A DNA stretch of 64,000 bases from assembly GCA_047495785.1 (NCBI GenBank), contig JBLDXI010000066.1, positions 711,701 to 775,700 on the forward strand, written 5' to 3'. This document shows positions 37,934 to 50,004 of the stretch, in pieces. How positions within the stretch are numbered: position 1 is the first letter of the stretch; every line of letters starts with the position of its first letter. Below the pieces are notes generated by a model that had not been told where the DNA came from, searched no databases, and was given only the letters and a program-made list of their open reading frames with translations. This stretch comes from Lepidodermella squamata (taxonomy: Eukaryota; Animalia; Gastrotricha). The position numbers and the translations under genes were made by a program.

Positions 37934-39514
37934 ATAGTGACGCCAACTTTGCGTGGCCGTTTTCAACCAAGCGGAACGGGATTCTGCGGCAAAATCAATT
38001 ATTTCTCAATTATTTGTTGTAAATAAATTAGTTAGTGAAAGTTATTATTAATTTCATAAAGAAAATAATTAAATTTTCGCGTTTCTATGGCGATTGGGAT
38101 TGTTTATCGGCTGAAGTAGTCTCGCGTCGCCTCGCGTTTGCTGGTGCTGAGGCGTCAAGTGGCTAACGTGAGGTGGGTTAAGCTGGACTTGTACGTTTCC
38201 TGTTCGTTATCGGCCGATATATCCGTGTTGTAGGTGTACGATCCTACTCCTGAGCATCCTCAGATTGTATAAACAGCCAGCCAAGTTCAGCACGCCTCAA
38301 TATGCCTTCCTCAATCTAAGTATCTGTGAAACCTGCGGTATTGTTACTCAAGAGTAAACGAATTATCCCTTCCAATCTCATCCGTAGTTGAATTGCATCA
38401 TTGAAGATGGTGAAAAAGAAATGATTACGAGTTCTGTTTTGTTCACATCCATTTATTGGCTATGGAAACAAGGAATCGACAATCTATAATGCGAATTTAA
38501 TCGATAATGCGAAAGATCTCATAGCAAGGTATCGTTCAACTCAGGAACTAAGGAGTCGTAGGTGACATAAATAAAAAATGATCTGCCCACCAAGCTTTTT
38601 GTACTTTGTATTACAAAAAACGAGGAAACAGTGATGGCTAATGGATAAATCGCACGACTCAATACTGTGAAAAACAATCTTCAAGACAGCTGGCTGCACA
38701 AAATTATAGACTAAATTTGATCAAGTTGGAACGAGGAATTACGAAGCCAAAGTAGTGTTAGATAACAAGTGAAATCATACCAGCAGCCAGCAACTGAGCA
38801 ACGAGGAGACGCAATTTTTTAAACGAATTTCAGACACCCCATGACTGTTATTAACTCCAAATGAAACCTTGCTAATGAACTCTAATGAATTTCAGAACAG
38901 GTAGATGAATCGAATGATGCAGCCAATAAAAAACAAGAACAGATAATTGCACAGAGGAATCCGTAGTTTCGAGTACCAAGAAATAAGCTAAGCATGCCCG
39001 TTCACAAATTTCGCGGAAGACGAGACGCAGTCTTAAATGAAGATCAATCACGCAAAACAGAGGTAGGGCATGACGGCGGGTGTAGCAATACCGTATATAT
39101 GAAATCACTCCACTTTTATGATTTTCAGGCAGAAAATTGTTGACCAAGTTATTCAAATCAATTGTGAGAATTATAGATCTAATCTTATATCAAAGCAGGT
39201 ATTCAAGGTCGCAAACACGGAACAACAGCAAGCTTCAAACAAAAAGATAAGACCGGCCATCACTGCAATAGGTATCAGCAGTTGGAAAAACACCAGAGGA
39301 AGCTGAAGCTTTATATTGAACGGATGTTTTCATTCGACGAGAGAGTTCCGAAGCGAAGCGCAGGCTGCGTTGAAATTGTTGAGTTAGCTCGAAATTTGCG
39401 GCTTATCGACTCACAATCGACCCGCAAATAGATTTCGACAAGGCTGAAACACAAATCAAATTGTAAATTCGATGAAAAAATTAGAAATAAATTAAAAATT
39501 TGATTGGCAAAATA

Positions 39515-39709
39515 CCGTATTACCGCGCTTTGAGTGTCATGCCACTATAGCTCGTTTTACAGTGGCATGTCACTATGCCCCGTTTATAGTGACATGCCAG
39601 ATTAAATTTTAATGCAAAACATTAGGTGCCACTATAATCGAGGAAATTCAACAAGGGTCAATTATGTTTCACTTTATAGTGACATGACACTCAAAGCGCG
39701 GTAATACGG
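39515..39709. mobile_element. Tc1/mariner-superfamily (pogo/Tc2-like) MITE, 195 bp
   Basis: 35-bp TIR CCGTATTACCGCGCTTTGAGTGTCATG(C/T)CACTATA with one mismatch, TA on both sides; internal copies of the TIR core. Confidence 0.85.
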
Positions 39710-41329
39710 TATGAGAATACGGTAAAGTCGATTGGGTGACTAAACAAGAGGGACATCTTTGAACTTGAGAGGATTAACTGAAGAAGATAAATGAAATTCC
39801 CATACATTTTCATTGCCTTAAATTTGCCAGAATTATTCGCAATTTATTCGCAATATGCAAATCAATGAAATGGAAGAATTTTTTTTTATGCGAATCGTTT
39901 CTAGTGAATAAAACTCAAGCACAGTAACAGCAATTCCTTCGCAATTAAAGTTTTCGAAATTAGTAAGGGTGTGCCAAGTGCGCACCCTAAATTTATCGAT
40001 TCCAAGTATCGAGTTTAGTAATCAGTAATTTTCCCGATATCAGCTGTCTTGGAACCTAACATCGATCATTTTTCTACGTAGCTTAGGGCACCATGTAGCT
40101 ACAATACAAAAATCCAAGGATCAGGCAAGACATCAGTATCGATCGAAAACCGAAAACGCCAAAATCGGAAAGAATCAGAAAAATGTAGTGCCAGGATGCT
40201 CAAATTTAGTGCTGGATCCTCATTTTTAGTTGTGGAAATGTTTGGACCTAATTAGTAATGGTTGAGATACGATGTATTCAAGACGAAAATTACACATCGC
40301 CCATTCGTGATACCCAAAATACAGGCTAGCTCTATGCCCGGAAAGGAGCAACTGGACCAATGTTTAGTCTGACTTGCTTTGGAATCACTTGAAATGAGTA
40401 AAAAATGCCGTGAAATCCGAAATAGAAGACAAAACCACGTTCATAGGGCAGGCGTCGGTCTTAATTCATAACAAAACAATGCGATTTCATAGCATTTATC
40501 GAGCGTTTTTCAAAAGCGTTCAGCATTCAAGAAAGTTAGCATTTAGCATTGGAAAAAATATTACTTGGGTAAAATTGAGAGCAAAAAATGTGACGAGGCA
40601 TCCGTAAATTCTTCCCGATTATTTGACGTTTTTATTGACTTTCTGCACGGGCGGAAAAATGTGAAAAATTACTACCAAAGGGATCGAAAAACGATTTTTC
40701 TATTCACCTGATTTAGACCGGATATATTTTATTTGGAGAGGGCGGTACATTTGAAAAATGGGTAACGAAGCCAGCGAAATGGGATGCCTACGTCCACGAT
40801 TTTTTGATACTGGTTAGATACAATTTTTGGGCCGGCGGAAAAATGTGAAAATTCCTATCTAAGACAGCGGCAGGCCGTGCCTCTACCCGCGGTTTTTCTC
40901 AATTTATAAATTCAGAATAATGCATTTTCCTCATTTTGGCGCATTATAGACTTCAGTACCTATTCTCACCGATTTACCGGGGAAACAAATAAGTTCACTG
41001 CGAGGAAACCACGACTAAAGCTCGATCGGAATTATCGGTATATTCAACTTAAGTGAAGTTAATCTGGATTCATCAGATTGTTCCTGCCAAAAATGCCGGG
41101 CCGGCCTTCGGCAATCTATATGAAAATTACGGGAATATATCGGAGAAAAGTCCGAGAAATTTTTCAGTAACCCTGGATTTTTAAAAATAAAATGCCGAAT
41201 TTTCATTAAAGCTATCAACGAATAAATTCTGAAATTTAGGGCATGCATGCTGCTGAAATTAGACAAATTATGAGTGTTTTCGATGCAAATGTTTGGCAAA
41301 TGGTAACTCAAAGATCCCGCACATTTTTT

Positions 41330-43700
41330 CGATGACAAATGATATTTAATTAATCGGCTGATAATTTTGCCCATCAGGTAAAAATAAGCAAATTCTTACC
41401 AATTCATCGATGAGGCATGTTGACTAGATCTCGACGTATGATAGAGCCAGCGCCCTCATCAACCAATCATTCAATTGACATTCCTGCATCCCGAATAACA
41501 CGCGATCCTCTTTCATGGGTTGCTTGGGCCGGTGGTGGCGCCGGTGGTTGGCGACCCTGGTGCTGTTTTGTCACGCTCGCCGTAGTCGTGCTGGCGCATT
41601 CTGTGGAGGCCACGCTCGCTGGTCGCTGTGTTGAGCGCGAGAATGTAACACTTTCCAATCGACTCGAAAAATTGAAATGCGGCATCTGAAAATAAGAGAA
41701 AATAGCTTTGATGACGTGGGTTTTTTCATGATGCCATTTTTGTCGAGAAGTCCGAAGTTCGACATGCATACGAAAAGATCCATATTTTCCCGCAAAAAAC
41801 CCGAATTTTGTCCGAATTTTGTAGACATGGTGAATAAAAAAGCTTCAACTTGCCTATAAAAATCAATGGTCTTTCACTGAATTTTGGTCGGTCATAGAAG
41901 GATAGAAAGCCAGGGATATAAAATAGGAAATAGGTGGTAATAATGCGCAGTTACGGTAAAAATGTATCTCTTCACACTTTTCAAAGCTGGACATATATTT
42001 TTGTAAAACAAATTTGAAATTGTAATGAGAACTACGAAATCAGACGACGTAACCCCATTTTTAATGCGGAAAAGAGGGTGCAAATTATCTGATGAAATTT
42101 GGCAGGCACTAATCTTCCAATCATAATACCGATTTTGGAACGCGAAGGAAATTGCTTTGAATGAGTCAAGAAATCGGAGGGCGACCTTCGTCAAAGAATT
42201 GAACCTCGATTCAAGGCATCTATTCCTGTTTATAGCACGGCATTGCATTTTAAGAAACACCTTGGAATCCCAGAATCGTCCTTATTCAAGTCAACACACC
42301 TTTCGCCATTTGTTGGAAAATATAGAAAATACGCCAAACCCCATTTTTCACTTGCTACCGGTCAAATAAAAATCAGGTATATTTTCTTCGATGCATCAAT
42401 CAAAAAAGGGAATCGGCTGATATTTTTGCCAATCAGATGAAAAAGGAATAAGAAAATTATTACCGATGGCTGGGACATGCTGACTGTATCTTGACGCTTG
42501 ATGTGGGAGCCAATTCACTCGTCAACCTGTTATTCGATTAGCAATCCTTGTTACCCGCCTAACACGCCTCGAGTTGCTAGGGCTGGTGGTGGTGCCGGTT
42601 GTAGTCGAGTTAGGTTGTAGTGGTGCTGGTGTCGCTTTTTCACGCTCGCCGTGTTGACGCAAACTACGATTGCCGCGCTCGCTGGTCATGGTGCAGAGCG
42701 CGAGAATGTCCCACTTTCCAATCGACTCGAAAATTTGAAAAATCATCTGAAAATAAGAAAATAGCTTTAATGACTTGGCTTTTTCACGATGTAATGAGAA
42801 GGTGGAGGCCAATACGAACATTTTCATAAATATCTCGCAAAGAAGCCGGAATTTCGTTCAACGTTGTGGACATTGTAAAGTTTGAAACCTCTCATGTTAG
42901 CCGAAAAATTATGATCGGTCTTTCATTCAATTTTCGTCTGTCATAATTCATCACTTGAATGGGAATATCAATTTTTAGGGAACTTGTGCCAATGATAGTC
43001 AACCGATCAAACCAATCTATCCGGGAAAAATTATTCATGGGTCTGAATTATTTAATTGCGGCTACATTATTTTTTCGACGTTCATCAATTCTTAACATAC
43101 GACATAATATTAGTATAGACTGTCCACTCACGAGAAAAGGGGTTTAACGCCATGCCTATGATTATAAAATTCTAAAGGAAAAATTCTCGAAACATTCCAA
43201 TTATTCTAATTCTAAGGCTAATTATTTGTGATCACCTTTCTCGAAATGTTTCCTAAAAACGACCGAGCGATGACAAAATGAAATACCGATTTGTTTCAAA
43301 TTTGCAATGTTTGAAAATTCAAAATGAAAATTTTCAAATTCAAGAAGCCTGAAAAAACAGAGGAAATAATTACCGATGGCTCATTGATCGATGCCGACGA
43401 AAATTGGCGTCTTATATCAGAGCCAGAATCTTGATCGGGTCGCCATTCGATTTCAAATCCGGCTGAGCAGACGACTTGCGGACATAGGGGCCTGCTTCTG
43501 CTTTTGCGTTGCTAGGCCACACTGCAGCAGCTTTAATGGGGCAGGAGGTGTTATCTCACTCAGTCTTCTCCGATTTGTGCCCACTCTAGATGGCAAGTGG
43601 ATGGATGTTGAGGTGGACAAGTCCCAATTTTCAGCGGCGTCGGATAGCGACCCGCCATCTAAAAAGAACGATGAAAAACAATAAATTGGAAAAATCAACA
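41330..43700 (-). repeat. Degenerate ~1-kb tandem units, each with an exon-like block
   Basis: 41570-41720 aligns with 42640-42780 (gagcgcgagaatgt..cactttccaatcgactcgaaaa..catctgaaaataag); shared donor-side ttaccgatggc at 42460 and 43370. Confidence 0.55.
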
Positions 43701-44181
43701 CATAATTTCCCTAAGTGATTGTAGACAAAGTATCGATGCTCCAAGGCTAACATTAGGTCTTCAAATTGTATAAAATCTACCTTAGATGGCCTCTGGACTC
43801 ATGTCTTACTTTTTGAAAAAAATTAACAGCGAGCGGGAAAAAATAGTTTGATTTAATCTAAGATCTAAGGTATGCAGGAATTTTTTTACCCAGTTGGAAA
43901 ATATTTACCGTATTATTTGTTCCAATATTGGCCCATTCGCTAATAATCGCCATCCCTAATGGTAGCCCCGGTTTGAGAGGTCAAGTCGGTTCGAAAACAT
44001 AAAAAATGAACGATTAACCAAAATATAGTTTTTGAACTTTTCAAAATATCGAGGTTGAAATTTTAGTAGCCCGGGCTGCTATAGGAACTAATAGTTATTC
44101 GGATTATTTTTTTCTACCGGGCAACTTTCTACAAGTCGTAAATGAAGGATTTAAAAAGCGATAAAGCGAGGTTGAAATCGT

Positions 44182-45233
44182 TTAATTTTTCAGTATATTA
44201 TTCCCATTCATAAGCCTGTATCCGACTCGGCTGCGCGAGAACTCTGAAGATTTTGAATCTTTTCGGAACGCGTTCTGTGTATTGCAGCAAAATTCCCTAT
44301 ATTCCGGATATTCTTCAACATTTCTGAAAATGTGATTTTTTTCAAGTCGATAATCATCAATCAGGAGTGGTTCTTTCATTTTCTCTACACTGGAAGATCG
44401 ATAATCGATTTATTTCAAACTTTGATTCGTTTTAGCGATCGAATGACTGTATGAAAATGAAAACGTACTATTATGGACACGGACTGAAGGAATGCGGTTT
44501 TTTTGGCAAGAAATTCGATTGGTCGGACGTTTACGAATAGCCGGAGATCCGTGTGGTACATGGGCGCCACAATGGTATCGTACAGGTCGTTCTTGTCGTA
44601 CAAGCCGTCCTTTTCCTCGGCGAATGGAATAACGAGAGACGTGACGCGGTCGTAGTGCAAACCCACATTATCTCCGACCTAGCAAAATTAAAAAAATAAA
44701 TTAAAAAAGAATAAAAAATTTAGTCTCGACAAAATTGCAATGATTATATAATTTCAAATAATTTCAAAAAAAAAATAAAAAAATTTGAAACATGAAAATT
44801 ACGAAAATTACAATTTTTCAAACAGCAAATTTCGAAACGGTTTTTTAAATTTCTTTAATTTTTAAGTTGAAAAATTTGAAATTCTCTAATTTTCAAAGAA
44901 ATACACACATTTTGGAAAATAAAATTTAAAATTACTCACCTGAACAAAAATCTGGTCCTTATCGGGCACACTAAAGGTTGCCAACGACTTTGTTGACTGT
45001 CAATACGTTGATGCCGACAAGCTTGTAGAAGGTCTGGCGATCGCGGCGCCACACGTTCATGTAGACGACCTTCTCGCTCGAGTGGCGCTAGTAGATGGTC
45101 CACTCCTTGACGAGGCCCTGGCACATGACCGGGTTGTTCGGGTACGCGCGGCTCCAGCAGCGGCTTGTCGGACACGATGCGGCCCTACACGCAGTCGTTG
45201 CTCCCCTTGGACTTGGACGGCTGCGTCCACTTG
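44182..45233 (-). pseudogene. GC-rich host gene fragment, cut by the Maverick and carrying stops/frameshifts
   Basis: NNPVMCQGLVKEWTIY*RHSSEKVVYMNVWRRDRQTFYKLVGINVL..IFVQ|VGDNVGLHYD; canonical intron 44679-44939; TAG at 45187 and 45090. Confidence 0.6.
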
Positions 45234-45255
45234 AGTAGTAAGGATGGGAACTTTG

Positions 45256-45435
45256 GATCAGTAATGGCAGTACGGCGATTTTTACTATAGCCGTTTGGTA
45301 TAAATATACGCAATTTGGGATCAGTAATGGCAGTACGGCGATTTTTACTATAGCCATTTGGCATAAATATACGAGCGTTGTATCAGTAATAGCACTACGG
45401 TCATTTTTACTATAACCGTTTCACATAAATATATA
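45256..45435. repeat. Subterminal tandem repeat, 3 x 62-63 bp
   Basis: Units begin at 45256, 45319 and 45381: GATCAGTAATGGCAGTACGGCGATTTTTACTATAGCC..TAAATATA. Confidence 0.9.
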
Positions 45436-45599
45436 AGTGCGTTTTATCCGTTGCCCCATAAATGTACGCAATGTTTATGATAAAATATACAGCGGGCATA
45501 CTTTTTTTCTAAAACTATTATGAGTCATGCTTTTGCATTCTTTCTGGGAATTAATTTGTAATATAAAAAATGCACACATGATAATTTATTTTTAATTTT

Positions 45600-45875
45600 T
45601 CAATCTTTGTAACAGTAATTACAATTCCAATCACCACAATCTAGGCTGCATGCCTGATCTCTTGCTCGAGTTGCTATCATAAATCGTGATGCATCATTGA
45701 TCAATTGTTCAACCTCCAATTGTGTGTTCAACATTTCGTTTATAGCTGCTGTCATTGCTCGTTGCAGATGGTCAATGCTTAGCAGTGCTTGATATAAGCG
45801 TTCACGACTAAACATAACAGAATTTATTCAAGATTTTTTAAAAAAGAACCAAACTTACATGTCTTCTGCTTCCAT
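45600..45875 (-). CDS. Small Maverick protein, coiled-coil with Cys-rich tail; intron 45808-45858
   Basis: Splicing GTAAGT..TTTAG gives MEAEDIRERLYQALL..CSLDCGDWNCNYCYKD. Confidence 0.6.
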
Positions 45876-45955
45876 CAATTTTCTTAGTTTCCAAAAAGAT
45901 ACTTGATTAGATACAGTAATCTAAGAACTCAAGCTAGCTCATCTTTTTTCCTGCT

Positions 45956-46209
45956 TTGTCCATTAGCTTATATAAATACACCTTACTTTCCATTAACCTT
46001 TTTTGTAAATAAACATTACTTTCTCCTATCAATCCCCCTTAACTTTAATCTAAAATATAATAAATATTTTTTACTTTGGCCATTAGCATTTATAAATACT
46101 CCTTTCTTTCCTGATATGTCCATTAACTTGTTTTGTAAATAAACTTTACTTTCTCCTATCAATCCAACTTAACTGTAATCTAAAAAATATAAGAAACATT
46201 TTTTTACTC
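45956..46209. repeat. Two imperfect ~120-130 bp AT-rich direct repeats
   Basis: ccattagc..tataaatac..tgtaaataaac..tactttctcctatcaatcc..cttaact..aatctaaaa occurs twice. Confidence 0.8.
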
Positions 46210-46268
46210 AAGGAAAATCGAATAAAAGCAAAGATTAAGGTAGGGATAGCAAGGTCAAATAAGTTGCT

Positions 46269-47075
46269 ATGATTATTGGCTATGATGAATCTTATGAAGC
46301 GATTTTCTACCGAGAAGATTTACTTTTTCCTCCGAAATCATTAAATATATCACTAAATACCCTCTCTGGACGCATTACATTCGCTGAAGTCGCCATATTC
46401 GATTTGATTGCCAACTCGAAAGGCCAACATATTACTATCGATCATGTTTATCTCGGCTACAAAAGAGCCGTTGCTCGTCTCTTCCCATCAACCCACGATG
46501 GCACGAATTTTCAACATTTTGCCGAATATAATTTAGCTACCTGTGCTTCCATCGTTGGGCATGATTTATGGAAGAGCATCCTAAATGATACTACCACGCT
46601 CCTTGTTCGCCAGGATGATTTATGGTCGTCCATTTGTCACTCAATTATTTTTACTGAAAGTGATTACCTTTTGGATGATTGCCTCGACGATAGCCCTAAC
46701 CCTATTATTGTGTCTGGCCTGGAAGAAAGTTTCTGGTATGGCCTAACGGCACACCCTACCTACACCGAAGGCCGATATATCTACATCCAACATTTATTTT
46801 ACGATTTGTTAAAAAACTTTAATGGTGTCAGCGTAAACCTGCGGCACATATTCTACCTTTTACTTCGGGCAGGTCGTAGGGTCTCAGTAGAAATGCAGAA
46901 CGTCGTACCTCCACCCTATCAACACGCTCAGAAAATTCCATGGGCATCAGTCATCGATGTTCTTAATGGTCAGCAGGAAGGTGCGAATAGTAAATGGCCG
47001 GGCATCATGCAACGCTCCATCGCACTACAACCTGTCGCTACCGTCTTACCTTTCAACAACAGCTCTTCGACCTAA
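46269..47075 (+). CDS. Maverick hypothetical protein (268 aa); 3' structure unresolved
   Basis: Long ORF without a recognised motif; intron-like GTCAGT..CAG/AAG at 47080-47132/47135 just downstream. Confidence 0.5.
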   Translation: MIIGYDESYEAIFYREDLLFPPKSLNISLNTLSGRITFAEVAIFDLIANSKGQHITIDHVYLGYKRAVARLFPSTHDGTNFQHFAEYNLATCASIVGHDLWKSILNDTTTLLVRQDDLWSSICHSIIFTESDYLLDDCLDDSPNPIIVSGLEESFWYGLTAHPTYTEGRYIYIQHLFYDLLKNFNGVSVNLRHIFYLLLRAGRRVSVEMQNVVPPPYQHAQKIPWASVIDVLNGQQEGANSKWPGIMQRSIALQPVATVLPFNNSSST

Positions 47076-47242
47076 TTTGGTCAGTTTATTTTATTTATAT
47101 AATGCCTTTGTTATTTATTCATTCCTAATCAGAAGGTTCTGGGGCTCAGCAACTCCAACCAATCACCGCGGCCGGCTTCCGTCATTCGATCATTTTTCAT
47201 TTCAAACGCAAGAACTTTGAATATTATTCTTCTTACTGAATT

Positions 47243-48355
47243 TATGGAAGCTTTCTTCAATTCATCTCCGGCTTCTCCATTGTTTTTTTCTAACAATGAT
47301 TTCGTACCAATAAACCTGAATGAACCGAATACGAGTACGTTTACCAAGGAACCTGTTGAACAAACATCAGCCTCTAGATTAGCAAAAACTGCGGTTCGTA
47401 ATCAACCGAAACGCAATGCTAAACATAAAATTCAGAAAAAAGTCATAGGTACTGAGAAGAAATCAGTTGCTAAATCGGCGAAAACGCCATGCAAGGCGAA
47501 AAATAAACCAGCTGTTCCAATTACCAATCATGAGTCACGAAAGCAAGATTCTGTCGCCTCTTTTTTGGTCATGATTTGCCCTCAACCTATCGCAAAGTTC
47601 AAACAGAAACAGCTGAAATCAAGTATGTTACAAGCCTTCAATCAGCCGCATCACAGTCGACCACGATCATAAATTTGACTATATCCTATCCTGTTGATTT
47701 AAAGCTACAATCTAGCACTGAACCTTTTTTTCTATTGAAATCCCCACCATTAAATATGGAAGTAAATAATATACAATATGATATTGATTACTCTATTTCA
47801 AATATTATGGCTAAATCAAGGTCAAATTTTCTATTTAATTTAGATAGTCTAGCCCTAATTTTACCTTGTGCAAAATATAACCCAAAAAAAATGTCGAGTG
47901 CTTTGTTCTATAAAGTACCTGCTTTTAACGCGACGTTTTTATTATTTTCATCCGGAGCTATAATTTGTAGTGGTACCAAAACAGCCTCGAATTGTGTTAC
48001 TGCTTTTGGAGTTCTTCAAGCTACACTCAGAAAAATTGTTAATCGACGGTTGATAATCCGTGACCCAATAATTACTAATATAGTATTGTTCTACGATTTA
48101 CATAAAACTGTCAATCTTAGCCTGCTAGCTTTTCAATTTCCTAAAATATGCGTTTACCAACCAGAATTTTTTCCTGGGTTGCGTATACGTGTTTTCTCCA
48201 AAGTCAGCACTAATGAAAATGAACCAAAGTTAAATGTATCTGCCACACTGTTTCACACTGGAAAAATGATTATGAGCGGCTGTTTTTCGTTATCTCTTAT
48301 AAAAATAGCATTTGTTAAATTGGCGCCTTTTTTTCTGTATATCAAACAACAATAA
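47243..48355 (+). CDS. TBP: TATA-box binding protein-like; core ~47790-48340, probable basic N-terminal extension in another frame
   Basis: Both TBP repeats: ISNIMA..YNPKKMSS..LLFSSGAIICSGTK and ITNIVL..YQPEFFPGLRIR..TLFHTGKMIMSG. Confidence 0.85.
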
Positions 48356-48472
48356 AATGATTTAATGAATGAGGGAAGATTAATCGCGTGCCGTCTTTTT
48401 TTAAGCTAAAATCATTATTTCTACTTTCATCATTATCTATCAATTTTCAAAATTCGCAGCAGAAATAAAAAT

Positions 48473-48789
48473 ATGGCTATCGGTAAATTTCCCCGTTTTT
48501 AAAGTCTTCGTAATTTATTATGCATCAAACAACAGATATTCCGCGTGCTGTTTTACCGATCCTATTGCTGCTATCCCTGGTTACCATTTTAATCAGCTTT
48601 TTCGCTGTTATGGAAGTTCGCAATACTCAAGCCGAACTCCTTCACCTGCGGCAACTTGTCGAGTCTACTGAGCGGATGTTATATAATATAAATGATTTAT
48701 TATTCCACTTAAACGGTGATTTATTTAGCCACATGGCTAATTGTTCGGTTGTCCCTACTTGCCGTAAATTAGCTATAAAGAAGAATTAG
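48473..48789 (+). CDS. Small single-TM + coiled-coil protein; possible intron 48483-48535 (or unspliced start at 48520)
   Basis: AVLPILLLLSLVTILISFFAVM then heptad-like segment; splicing gives in-frame MAIDIPRAV. Confidence 0.5.
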
Positions 48790-48792
48790 GTC

Positions 48793-50004
48793 ATGCCACG
48801 TAATAAACACAATGCGAGACGTCTAGCTGAAGGAGATGCTAAAATAAACCACAGGTCAGACTTGAAATCGTTTGTTTTGAGCTTCTATAATGATCCGAAA
48901 CATGTTGGATCATTTCAAGGCCTGCGCAGATTATACTCAACACTTAAAGCTACATTACCCTTAGAGCTGAGAAATTCCCTTACTCATAAAAAACTAGCTG
49001 AGATTATGAGCCATGATCGAACATATTCATTATATAAACCACTAAGTGTAAGAAACCGGAAGCAATTCATGCAATATGAAGTTTATGCTAGAAGTGACCT
49101 CTTTCTAGGTGATCTTCTTGAAGTTCAAGATTCAAGCCAAGATAATGATGGAACCCGCTATTTACTTACAATCAAAGACTGTTTTACGCGTTATGCTTTC
49201 TGTATTCCCTTACTTAACAAAGAAGGAAATTACACTGCTGAGAAGATCAGTAATTTTTTGAGCAGCCTAACACCTGATTTGCGTTGCCGCTCTTTCACTA
49301 CAGATTCTGGCGGAGAATTTATCAACAAAGAAGCTAAAAAAATATTTAAAAAATTCAATGTTTATTATTACACTACAACCTCCATGTTCAAGTGTTCACC
49401 CATAGAAATTTTCAACCGTTGGCTTCGTAGAACTATTTCGAGGCATCAAATTGCAAATCATACGCTGCGTTACATCGATTACTTACCTTTTTTCTTAGCG
49501 TCTTACAATCAAATGAAAAATCGCAGCACTAGGGTTGCCCCGTTAGAATTATGGCTAGCTTCCCCAGAAGATCCTATAAATTTGGTTGCTTACAATAATG
49601 TTTTTGGAAAAAGAGATCAATTGATGCTTGAAAAGCGCAAGAATTTACTATACAAACCGACTTTTTCTGTCGGTGATTGTGTTAGAATTAGTCGTGTAAA
49701 GGATTTATTTCACAAAGAAGGAGATTTCATTTTTACTGAAGAATATTTTTTTATCGACCGCATAGATACTTGTACCATCCCCGACAAGTATTATCTCCGT
49801 GATACTCTGAATAAGCGTATTCAAGGTAGTTTTTACGATTGGCAGCTTCAGATAGCACATCCGCAAGAAACATATTTAATAGAAAAAGTTCTGAAGCATC
49901 GCACTATAAATGGCAAGAAACAGGCTCTTGTGAAATGGCAAAACTGGCCGATTGAAGCCGCTAGTTGGATTGATGCAAACGAGATCAAAACCTTGGCCTC
50001 ATGA
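48793..50004 (+). CDS. INT: Maverick retroviral-like DDE integrase with C-terminal chromodomain
   Basis: FLGDLL, YLLTIKDCFTRYAF, TTDSGGEF, PIEIFNRWLR, FSVGDCVRIS, YLIEKVLK..LVKWQNWP..SWID. Confidence 0.95.
   Translation: MPRNKHNARRLAEGDAKINHRSDLKSFVLSFYNDPKHVGSFQGLRRLYSTLKATLPLELRNSLTHKKLAEIMSHDRTYSLYKPLSVRNRKQFMQYEVYARSDLFLGDLLEVQDSSQDNDGTRYLLTIKDCFTRYAFCIPLLNKEGNYTAEKISNFLSSLTPDLRCRSFTTDSGGEFINKEAKKIFKKFNVYYYTTTSMFKCSPIEIFNRWLRRTISRHQIANHTLRYIDYLPFFLASYNQMKNRSTRVAPLELWLASPEDPINLVAYNNVFGKRDQLMLEKRKNLLYKPTFSVGDCVRISRVKDLFHKEGDFIFTEEYFFIDRIDTCTIPDKYYLRDTLNKRIQGSFYDWQLQIAHPQETYLIEKVLKHRTINGKKQALVKWQNWPIEAASWIDANEIKTLAS

Noticed and set aside
45088-45357. 89-aa ORF with an internal duplication
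   Set aside because: Chimeric reading across the terminal repeats and the host exon
45256-45435. CRISPR-like array
   Set aside because: Units are contiguous near-identical repeats without unique spacers, in a eukaryotic context with no cas genes; they are Maverick subterminal repeats
47576-48355. TBP as the host's own TBP gene
   Set aside because: Far too divergent from the highly conserved metazoan TBP core, intronless, and inside the element boundary
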